The notes under the pieces were generated by a model that had not been told where the DNA came from, did no database searches, and saw nothing but the letters and a program-made list of their open reading frames with translations. This document shows, piece after piece, positions 10,608 to 18,770 of a stretch of DNA of 59,156 bases. The first letter of the stretch is position 1, and each line of letters begins with the position of its first letter. Source of the DNA: Acetatifactor sp. (lineage in GTDB: Bacteria; Bacillota; Clostridia; Lachnospirales; Lachnospiraceae); NCBI GenBank assembly GCA_029050705.1, contig JAIDME010000194.1, positions 1 through 59,156 of the forward strand. Direction: 5' to 3'. The translations under genes and the position numbers were made by a program.

Positions 10608-11471
10608 ATGTTAGTTTCTGCAACTGAAATGCTGAAAAAGGCAAAGGCAGGCCACTATGCGGTAGGCCAGTTCAACATCAACAACCTTGAGTGGACAAAG
10701 GCGATACTTTTGACTGCTCAGGAACTGAATTCCCCTGTTATCCTTGGGGTATCCGAGGGTGCAGGAAAGTACATGGGCGGTTATGATGTGGTAGTCGGCA
10801 TGGTAAACGGCCTGATCAAAGACCAGAACATTACTGTTCCCGTGGCGCTGCATCTGGATCATGGCAGCTACGAGCATTGCTACAAGTGTATGGAGGCAGG
10901 CTTCTCATCCGTTATGTTTGACGGTTCCCATTACCCTATCGAAGAGAACGTTGAGAAGACCAAGGAGTTGGTTGCGGCTGCTCACGCAAAGGGAATCTCT
11001 ATTGAGGCAGAGGTTGGCTCTATCGGCGGTGAGGAAGACGGCGTTGTAGGCATGGGCGAGTGTGCTGATCCCAACGAGTGCAAGCAGATTGCGGATCTGG
11101 GCGTTGATTTCCTGGCAGCAGGCATCGGAAACATCCATGGCAAATATCCTGAAAACTGGAAGGGACTTTCCTTTGAGACCCTGGATGCCGTACAGCAGAA
11201 GACCGGCGACATGCCTCTGGTTCTTCACGGCGGAACAGGTATTCCTGCCGATATGATCAAGAAAGCAATTACTCTGGGCGTTGCTAAAATCAATGTAAAT
11301 ACTGAATGCCAGCTGTCATTTGCAGCTGCTACCCGTAAGTACATCGAGGCTGGCAAGGATCTGGAGGGCAAGGGCTTTGATCCCCGTAAGCTCCTGGCTC
11401 CCGGCTTTGAGGCAATTAAGGCTACCGTTAAGGAGAAGATGGAGCTGTTCGGCTCTGTTGGAAAAGCCTGA
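10608..11471 (+). CDS. fba: Class II fructose-1,6-bisphosphate aldolase
   Basis: HLDHG, SVMFDGSH, GNIHG, LVLHGGTG, KINVNT. Confidence 0.97.
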   Translation: MLVSATEMLKKAKAGHYAVGQFNINNLEWTKAILLTAQELNSPVILGVSEGAGKYMGGYDVVVGMVNGLIKDQNITVPVALHLDHGSYEHCYKCMEAGFSSVMFDGSHYPIEENVEKTKELVAAAHAKGISIEAEVGSIGGEEDGVVGMGECADPNECKQIADLGVDFLAAGIGNIHGKYPENWKGLSFETLDAVQQKTGDMPLVLHGGTGIPADMIKKAITLGVAKINVNTECQLSFAAATRKYIEAGKDLEGKGFDPRKLLAPGFEAIKATVKEKMELFGSVGKA

Positions 11472-11484
11472 GACTGTGAATGTG

Positions 11485-11521
11485 AACCGTCGTCCGGTTA
11501 AAACCGGGCGGCGGTTTTTTT
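11485..11521 (+). terminator. Rho-independent terminator after fba
   Basis: aaccgtcgtccggtt-aa-aaccgggcggcggtt followed by a T-run. Confidence 0.9.
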
Positions 11522-11553
11522 ATGTGTGACAGCGATAAAAATACTGTCCATTC

Positions 11554-11595
11554 TTCGTGCAAAATATTGTATTTTTCGTGCAAATAGCATATACT
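11554..11595 (+). promoter_or_regulatory. TA operon promoter with putative operator repeats
   Basis: ttgtat-N17-tatact; ttcgtgcaaa present twice (11554, 11575). Confidence 0.5.
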
Positions 11596-11624
11596 GTAAT
11601 CACCAGTAGAAAGGAGATGATTAT

Positions 11625-11903
11625 ATGGCTGGCTCTACTACAAACATCAGTATCCGTATGGATTCAGATCTGAAAGCACAAGCTGATAGGCTGTTTGGGG
11701 AACTCGGTATGAATCTGACAACAGCGTTCAACATTTTTGTTCGTCAGTCGCTTCGCGAGGGGAGAATTCCCTTTGACGTTTCCCTCAATCAGCCTAACAG
11801 CGAAACAGTTGCCGCCATGCTGGAGGCAGAAAGGATTGCGAAAGATCCATCAGTAAAAGGATACGACGATCTGGATGAACTGTTCGCGGACCTGAAGGCA
11901 TGA
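11625..11903 (+). CDS. dinJ: RelB/DinJ family antitoxin
   Basis: RHH-type N-terminus ISIRMDSDLK, LGMNLTTAFNIF, IPF, PNSETVAAM. Confidence 0.9.
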   Translation: MAGSTTNISIRMDSDLKAQADRLFGELGMNLTTAFNIFVRQSLREGRIPFDVSLNQPNSETVAAMLEAERIAKDPSVKGYDDLDELFADLKA

Positions 11904-12190
11904 GGAATGTAAAGTACACCGTCAAGTACACCACACAATTTAAAAAGGACTATAAGCTGGCAATGAAGCGCGGACTGGACATCGGATTGATGCAAGATGT
12001 GATTGCCGCACTTGCCATGGGAGTTCCGCTTCCGGAGAAAAATAAGGATCATGCTCTGACCGGGAACTGGGCCGGACACCGTGAGTGTCATGTCCTGCCG
12101 GACTGGCTTTTGATTTATAGCATTAACGATGACGTTCTGGTATTGACCTTATCCCGTACCGGGTCACACAGCGATCTGTTTGGCAAATAA
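11900..12190 (+). CDS. yafQ: YafQ family mRNA interferase toxin
   Basis: FKKDYK, DHALTGNW, RECHVLPDWLLIY, RTGSHSDLF; ATGA overlap with the antitoxin. Confidence 0.93.
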   Translation: MRNVKYTVKYTTQFKKDYKLAMKRGLDIGLMQDVIAALAMGVPLPEKNKDHALTGNWAGHRECHVLPDWLLIYSINDDVLVLTLSRTGSHSDLFGK

Positions 12191-12330
12191 AATATACCTA
12201 TTCAGTTCCGTTCTTGTCTCACTTCAACCGCCAGGTGAATTTCGGCGATCGATTCTCTTCGCACGTTATTGCAGCTGTCTCCGGAGCATACTATGATAGA
12301 ATTGTAATCATAACAGGGGAATGGAGCAAG

Positions 12331-13182
12331 ATGAATCATATGAAGAATACAAAAAATATGAAAACGGGCGAGGTCATCAGCAAGAGGCGTAAGGAATTGG
12401 GGCTAACCCAGAATCAGCTTGCCGGAACGCTGAACATATCATTTCAGGCAGTGTCAAAATGGGAAAACAACACAGCTCTCCCGGATGTGGAAATGCTTCC
12501 GAAGCTGGCGGCAGCGCTGCACACCACCGTGGATGCTCTGCTGGGATACAGCAGTGTGGTGACGGATTATGACAGGCGGTATGACACAGAAGACTATTAC
12601 TGGGGGCTGATGCCAAACCGCATCTGCTACGACATTATGAAAATTCTTCCGCCAATCAGGCCGTACCGTGTGCTGGATATAGGGTGCGGCGAAGGAAAGG
12701 ATGCGGTTTTCTTTGCCAAATGCGGGTATGCGGTGACTGCATTTGATGTATCCGAGCGTGGGATTGAAAAGGCCAGGCAGCTTGCGGAGCATAACAATGT
12801 GGAAGTGGGATTTTTCAAGGCGGATATCATGGATTACCGTCCTGACTCGGAATATGATATTATATTCAGCAGCGGAGTGCTTCATTTCCTGCCTCAGACT
12901 GTGAGGGAGGAGCTTTGCGACAGCCTGAAGGAGCATACTGCGGATGCCGGGATAAATGCGATGAATGTATTTGTGCAAAAGCCCTTTATCACCCGCGCGG
13001 CGGACAGCACGAGAGATGAGAAAAAGAGGCATCCGTGGCGTTCGGGAGAATTATTCGGATATTATCATGACTGGTTCTTCCATACCTGCGGGGAGGAAGT
13101 ATTTGACTGCAACAGCGGCGGCACGCCTCATAAGCACTGCATGGATACGCTTATCGCGCAAAAGCAGAGAGAAGTGCTGTGA
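12331..13182 (+). CDS. XRE HTH fused to class I SAM methyltransferase (TehB-like)
   Basis: LTQNQLA...QAVSKWE HTH, then VLDIGCGEGKDA motif I and YDIIFSSGVLHF. Confidence 0.85.
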   Translation: MNHMKNTKNMKTGEVISKRRKELGLTQNQLAGTLNISFQAVSKWENNTALPDVEMLPKLAAALHTTVDALLGYSSVVTDYDRRYDTEDYYWGLMPNRICYDIMKILPPIRPYRVLDIGCGEGKDAVFFAKCGYAVTAFDVSERGIEKARQLAEHNNVEVGFFKADIMDYRPDSEYDIIFSSGVLHFLPQTVREELCDSLKEHTADAGINAMNVFVQKPFITRAADSTRDEKKRHPWRSGELFGYYHDWFFHTCGEEVFDCNSGGTPHKHCMDTLIAQKQREVL

Positions 13183-13237
13183 GTGCCTTAACGGAGCAGG
13201 TTTCTGCATCTTCCATGTCAAGATACATGGCCTGCTC

Positions 13238-13678
13238 TTATTTTATAATGAATTCGTTTGAATAATATTCATTACCGTCTATAACTTTTTTTATTCTGTA
13301 TGTTTCACCCTTATCAATATGAATATGATCCAGCATAATATTTTGAACATATGATTTATCAGGGAAGATTAAAATCCCTATCAAATCAACGGGTATCTCA
13401 TCTGTATATTTTTTCCATTTATTTCCTTTATATATTTGTATTTCAAATTCAAGCCCACATGTAATCATCTCTTTATCATTATTGTAAATACTCAGGTCTA
13501 TTTGGTTTTCCTGATCTGAAATTATGGCTTCAAGCTTAATCTTATTATTTATATCCGATTTTATGTTTTTATTTGACAAAAAAATAATTACTAAAACAAA
13601 TACAGAAATAAATACTGTGATGGCAACTATTCCAATGAGTATTTTATTTGTTTTCATTTTATGGTTGATATGTTTCAA
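13238..13678 (-). CDS. Membrane-anchored small protein, probable Ig-like domain
   Basis: N-terminal TM helix, beta-rich body ending YRIKK...SNEFII; AT-rich. Confidence 0.6.
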   Translation of the reverse strand: MKHINHKMKTNKILIGIVAITVFISVFVLVIIFLSNKNIKSDINNKIKLEAIISDQENQIDLSIYNNDKEMITCGLEFEIQIYKGNKWKKYTDEIPVDLIGILIFPDKSYVQNIMLDHIHIDKGETYRIKKVIDGNEYYSNEFIIK

Positions 13679-13690
13679 TTTGCCTTCTTT

Positions 13691-13882
13691 CTAGACAGAC
13701 AACCCCAAATATTTAGGCTGTCTGCCTGCAAAATCAGTAAACTTAATACCGGAAAAAGTAGGTGAATAACTTGTATCTGTAATTTTTCCCTCCATCGATG
13801 TAGATGCAACGCCGTATGCATATATCACAGTATTTTGAGGCCGGCTTCCGCCAAAATAGTCGAAAACTTTCTCATCACTCAC
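13691..13882 (-). pseudogene. Short ORF, probable gene fragment
   Basis: 63 aa, no clear SD, co-oriented with the Ig-like gene. Confidence 0.3.
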
Positions 13883-14057
13883 TGAATCTTTACAAAATCT
13901 TCCGAAATAATCTTATTCAAGAGTTCAACATCTTGTCAAGGGCATTTTTGATTTTTAATGGCCAATGGTAGTTCTTATGGGCGCTGTCCATATGTGCAAG
14001 AGGACGGGGTCCTAAGGGCAGTCCGTGTCACGTAATCAAAATTCTACTGTCAGTCGG

Positions 14058-14086
14058 TTGCCTCTCTAGGGTGCAAAAAGTATAAT
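14058..14086 (+). promoter_or_regulatory. Sigma-70 type promoter of XRE gene
   Basis: ttgcct-N17-tataat, then SD gaggagg. Confidence 0.65.
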
Positions 14087-14116
14087 ACGCCTATCAGAAA
14101 TACGAGGAGGCAGGGC

Positions 14117-14881
14117 ATGTACGAGATTGACAAGGAAAAATTCGGTGCTTTTGTGGCACAGCTGCGCAAGGAAAAAGGAATAACCCAGAAAGAACTGGCG
14201 CAGAAGGTCTATGTGTCTGACAAGGCTGTGAGCAAATGGGAGCGGGGATTGAGCATGCCGGATATCACGCTGCTGATTCCTCTGGCTCAGGCGCTGGGAA
14301 TCGGGGTCACGGAACTGCTGGAATGCCAGCGTCTCGAACAGACGGCCATGGATTCAGATCGGGTGGAGGAGTTGATGCACCGTGTGATCAGCTATTCCGA
14401 GGAAACTCCCGCCGAGCGGCGCAGGAGGCGCAGACAGGAAGCTATATTGTATGCGGTGAGCCTGGTGACGGTGGCACTGGAACTGCTGGGGTTGTGGGCG
14501 GCCGGGGCAGAACCGGAAGAAATAGGCTTAAACCTGCTTATCTATGAATCATTATTCTTTTCCTTTTCAGCATATTTCTGTTTTTTTGCCAAGGATAAAC
14601 TGCCGGAGTACTATGATGAGTACAAGGTAGATTCATATAGCGATGGCTTTTTTCAAATGAACATGCCGGGAATATATTTCAACAATCGGAACTGGCGTCA
14701 CATCAAGCGTGCGGCCATACGGGGAATGCTGATCTCAGCCATGTTGCTGCCGGTGCTGTATTTTGTCTGCCGTATTCTGTTTCCTGCCGTTGTGAAAAAG
14801 ATATTTGTGTTTGTCGGCATGCCGTTGTTCTTTATCGCGCTTTTTGCTCCCATGTATGTGGCGGCCAAAAAACACGAGTGA
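14117..14881 (+). CDS. XRE HTH regulator with C-terminal TM segments
   Basis: LRKEKGITQKELA...VSDKAVSKWERG plus about four hydrophobic helices. Confidence 0.88.
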   Translation: MYEIDKEKFGAFVAQLRKEKGITQKELAQKVYVSDKAVSKWERGLSMPDITLLIPLAQALGIGVTELLECQRLEQTAMDSDRVEELMHRVISYSEETPAERRRRRRQEAILYAVSLVTVALELLGLWAAGAEPEEIGLNLLIYESLFFSFSAYFCFFAKDKLPEYYDEYKVDSYSDGFFQMNMPGIYFNNRNWRHIKRAAIRGMLISAMLLPVLYFVCRILFPAVVKKIFVFVGMPLFFIALFAPMYVAAKKHE

Positions 14882-15386
14882 GTTGCGGAAAGCAGTGTCG
14901 GTGGCAATAAGCATCAGGCGTTTGCGCTACTGTTGCTTTCCGGGAATTTGTAATTCTTCAAGGGATTGTTTCTTTGCAGTGGTTTTTGTGATTTTCTATT
15001 TAAAATAATTGTCAAATAATCTGCTGAACGACCTCTAATTCTTCATTGTATATTTAAGTCATTGATACTGTAGTATCCACTGTACTCATTGCTTTACTTT
15101 CCTGCTATAAAATCAAAATATGGAGAGATAGTTGCTGCAATAAACAGAGTGGTGAACATGTTGCACTTTTTGCAAAATACCCGAGTTGGCCAGGATACTA
15201 TCTGGGGTTCTATCCTGGTTAAGATTTGCTAATATGGCTAAGGGTATTGAAACAATTATTAAAAAGAAAACTGCAATATCCGTTTAATACAAAATGTCAA
15301 GCTGTAAGATACGTGATTGCATACCATCCCCTGATAATGATAAAATAGTTGAAGAATCTGGCAATGAAAAAAGGAGAAGCAGAAAA

Positions 15387-16094
15387 ATGTGCAGCGGCTT
15401 ATTTTCGGATTTTTATCAGGAATATTTAGGATTAAATGATAAAGTGCTTCACAATGATGTACAGGTGTGTAAGTGCAAATATAGGGATATTCCGATAAAT
15501 AAGCGATATTTTTATAAAGTCATTGCGACTACATATAATGGTGGAAAAATTATTTCCTGCTCACCGGAATTTAGTGAGGCGGAAATAGTTTTTTTATGCA
15601 ATAATATTAATTTTGAAGCCATAGAAGCCGGTGATATACATGATGGATTAAAAATGCCGGAATATGAATTGTCATATATGGACAGGATGCTCCTGGCTAT
15701 TCAACCTGATTTTAATGAGGGTACATTATTGGTTTATGGTAAACATGATCAAATTGAATATAGATATTTAGAAGCATATAAAAAATATATCGCGCTGATT
15801 AATGACAAACTTATCGGCTATTGTAAAGTATCGGATGTAATCTCTGACTATGGAAATCTGGTAGTTTGGGTTGAAGAGACTAAACGCAGATTAGGAATTG
15901 CAGAAAGTTTGGTCAGATTAATGATTAATAAATGTTATGAAGAGAGCATTATGCCAATGTATGTTGTGAAAACAGATAATCATGCTTCTAAAGCATTGGC
16001 CCAAAAGCTGGGATTTCAGGTAATACAAAGAGAATTGATCATATCGTATAATGACCTCTTATCAGTTGTTGCAACAACAGGGAGAAAAGGATAA
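15387..16094 (+). CDS. GNAT family acetyltransferase
   Basis: VWVEETKRRLGIA (motif A), NHASKALAQKLGF; SD aaggag; AT-rich. Confidence 0.8.
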   Translation: MCSGLFSDFYQEYLGLNDKVLHNDVQVCKCKYRDIPINKRYFYKVIATTYNGGKIISCSPEFSEAEIVFLCNNINFEAIEAGDIHDGLKMPEYELSYMDRMLLAIQPDFNEGTLLVYGKHDQIEYRYLEAYKKYIALINDKLIGYCKVSDVISDYGNLVVWVEETKRRLGIAESLVRLMINKCYEESIMPMYVVKTDNHASKALAQKLGFQVIQRELIISYNDLLSVVATTGRKG

Positions 16095-16152
16095 AATAAT
16101 AGGACAGGCAGGACAAATCTGATAACGAGGATCAGAAGGCAGGAGGGGACTT

Positions 16153-18651
16153 ATGAGCAGACTATGGTATGAGCAGCCGGCGGCGGAGTGGGAGGAAGCA
16201 TTGCCCATCGGTAACGGCAGACTGGGTGCAATGGTGTATGGCGGAACGGATGCAGAGCGGATTCAGCTGAACGAGGAAAGCGTGTGGTATGGAGGCCGGG
16301 TGGATCGTATAAACCCCGATTTTAAAGAGAATCTTCCTCTGATTCGGGAATATCTGGACCAGGGGCAGATTGCCAGGGCGGAGCAGCTGATGGACAAGGC
16401 CATGAGCGGTTGTCCGGACAGCATGCATCCTTATCAGACTCTGGGGGAAATTAAGTTTACTTTTTATGGCATAGACAGGCAAAGCGTTACGGGTTATACC
16501 CGGACGCTGGATTTGGACAGGGCGGTGGCGCGCACGGAGTTCAGAGTGGGTGACACTTTGTACCGCAGAGAAATCTTTGCCTCTCATCCGGCGGACTGTA
16601 TCATAATGCGGTTTACGGCGGAGGGGCCCGGAACGGTAGATTTCACCACCAGAATGCGCCGGGGAAAGTTTTTTGACGGCGTGAGGCGGTGCGGGGATGA
16701 CTGCATTGAACTGTATGGAAACCTGGGCAAGGGCGGATATGAGTTCTCCATGGCGCTGCGAGCGGAAGCGGTGGGCCAGGGCAGGATTACTGCGCTGGGG
16801 GAGAGTCTTGATGCCGCGGGAGCAAAGGAAGTTATCCTGTATTTTACCGCCGATACGACTTACCACTATTCAACGGAAGAACTGGATAGTTGGGTAAAAA
16901 GCTTCCTAAAGGACTATAGGGAAATACAATGCGGGACGGCTGAATACGGCCTGTCCGCGGAACAGGCATCTTCCGCAGGCACAGAAGCTGCTTCGGAAAA
17001 CAAATCATCAACGTTTTTTGGCCCCGGTACAGAGCATTTTTTAAGCCTTGCGAACAGACTGGACATTCCGGAGTACGAGAGGCAGGAGTACCTGACACAG
17101 GCGGCGTTACAGGCGCTGTTACACACCAGGCTGGCGGCGCGGATTCAAAAGGCGTCAGAGAAGAATTATCAGGGGCTTCTGACGGAGCACGTTGCGGATT
17201 TTGACGCCCTCTATGATCGTTTTGCCTTTGAACTGGAGGGAGCGGAGGCCTTTGACAGTCTGCCCACGGATAAGCGGTTGGAGCAGGCGAAGGAGGGCAG
17301 GGCCGACGTGGGACTGAGCAAACTGCTCTTTGACTTTGGCAGGTATCTGACTGTCAGCTGCAGCCGGGAGGGTGGACTTCCTGCTACGCTGCAGGGGTTA
17401 TGGAACAAGGATTTTACGCCGCCCTGGGACAGCAAGTATACCATTAACATCAACACGGAGATGAATTACTGGCATGTGGAGAGCTGCAATCTTTCCGAGT
17501 GCCATATGCCGTTGTTCGATCTTTTGGAAAAGGTACAGAAGACCGGCAGGCGCACGGCCCGGGAGATGTACGGCTGCCGCGGTTTTGTTGCCCATCACAA
17601 CACGGACATTCACGGAGACTCCGCGCCTCAGGATATTTGGTATCCCGGTTCCTATTGGACCATGGGAGCGGCGTGGATTGCTACTCACCTCTGGATGCAT
17701 TATCAGTACACCCTGGACGAAGCCTTTTTAGAGAGGGCGTTTCCCATTCTGGCGGAGGCATCTCTGTTTTTTGTGGATTTCCTGATTGAGCGGAATGGTT
17801 ATCTGGTGACAAGTCCTTCCGTTTCTCCGGAAAATTCCTACAGACTGCCAAGTGGGGAAAAAGGTGCCTGCTGTGTGGGAGCCACCATGGATAATCAGAT
17901 TCTGCGTCATCTCTTCACGTGCTGTCTGGGAGCCTGGAAGGCATTGGGGGAGACTGTGCCGGAGGGCTGTGAGATTGCGGACGTGGACAGCATTCCGGAA
18001 CTGATGAGGCAGATTCAGAGCTGCAGGGACAGGCTGATGCCTACAAAAATCAGTGGCAGCGGCAGGATTATGGAGTGGCAGGAAGATTATGAGGAGGTGG
18101 CTCCGGGACACAGGCATATTTCTCACCTATATGGGCTGTATCCCGGTGGAGAGATTACCGTTGACGGCACGCCTGAGCTGGCAGCGGCAGCCAGGAAGAC
18201 GCTGGAGTACAGGCTTTCCCACGGCGGCGGACACACGGGCTGGAGCCGGGCCTGGATCATGAATCATTATGCCAGCCTCTGGGATGGTGAGGCGGCTTAT
18301 GAAAACATCGAGAAGATGCTGGGCCAGTCTACTTATCCTAACATGTTCGACAGACATCCGCCTTTTCAGATAGACGGCAACTTCGGGGCATGTGCGGCAA
18401 TGAGTGGTATGCTGGCGCAGAGCAGCGGGGGAAGGGTGGTACTGCTTCCTGCACTGCCGAAGGCATGGGCGGAGGGTTCCGTCAGAGGCCTAAGGCTGGC
18501 AGGAAATGCAGAGCTTTACATGACATGGAAGGGTGGACAGCTCACCACCGCTGAAATACATGCTGACAGTGATTATGAGGCAGATGTCTTATGTGCCGGA
18601 AAGCAAATACATATCAGCCTTCAGGCGGGCCAGAGCAGTATCATTATATGA
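16153..18651 (+). CDS. Glycoside hydrolase family 95 (alpha-L-fucosidase-like)
   Basis: ALPIGNGRLGAM, LQGLWN, YTININTEMNYW, SPEN, HRHISHL, HTGWSRAW, PPFQIDGNFG. Confidence 0.95.
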   Translation: MSRLWYEQPAAEWEEALPIGNGRLGAMVYGGTDAERIQLNEESVWYGGRVDRINPDFKENLPLIREYLDQGQIARAEQLMDKAMSGCPDSMHPYQTLGEIKFTFYGIDRQSVTGYTRTLDLDRAVARTEFRVGDTLYRREIFASHPADCIIMRFTAEGPGTVDFTTRMRRGKFFDGVRRCGDDCIELYGNLGKGGYEFSMALRAEAVGQGRITALGESLDAAGAKEVILYFTADTTYHYSTEELDSWVKSFLKDYREIQCGTAEYGLSAEQASSAGTEAASENKSSTFFGPGTEHFLSLANRLDIPEYERQEYLTQAALQALLHTRLAARIQKASEKNYQGLLTEHVADFDALYDRFAFELEGAEAFDSLPTDKRLEQAKEGRADVGLSKLLFDFGRYLTVSCSREGGLPATLQGLWNKDFTPPWDSKYTININTEMNYWHVESCNLSECHMPLFDLLEKVQKTGRRTAREMYGCRGFVAHHNTDIHGDSAPQDIWYPGSYWTMGAAWIATHLWMHYQYTLDEAFLERAFPILAEASLFFVDFLIERNGYLVTSPSVSPENSYRLPSGEKGACCVGATMDNQILRHLFTCCLGAWKALGETVPEGCEIADVDSIPELMRQIQSCRDRLMPTKISGSGRIMEWQEDYEEVAPGHRHISHLYGLYPGGEITVDGTPELAAAARKTLEYRLSHGGGHTGWSRAWIMNHYASLWDGEAAYENIEKMLGQSTYPNMFDRHPPFQIDGNFGACAAMSGMLAQSSGGRVVLLPALPKAWAEGSVRGLRLAGNAELYMTWKGGQLTTAEIHADSDYEADVLCAGKQIHISLQAGQSSIII

Positions 18652-18770
18652 GCGGAACAACTGATGGCATTGCAGGCGCAGGCAGAAATACAGAGAGACG
18701 GAATTTTGCCGGGCAGAAATGTGAACCGACAGAAATTTGAATGGACACAGAAAACAGGAAGGGTCATAGA

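Noticed and set aside
578-11529. Many antisense and alternate-frame ORFs (e.g. 5310..6104, 9739..10512)
   Set aside because: They are shadows of well-supported genes on the other strand or frame, with no motifs or SD sequences.
13965-14063. Possible c-di-GMP-I riboswitch (ggtcctaagg...ctgtcagtcggttgcc)
   Set aside because: The GGCAAA, GNRA-capped P2 and GACGCAAAG elements are missing. The 3' part is better explained as the -35 box of the XRE gene promoter.
15188-15219. Inverted repeat ccaggata...tatcctgg as an IS end
   Set aside because: Short, with no transposase or target duplication nearby.
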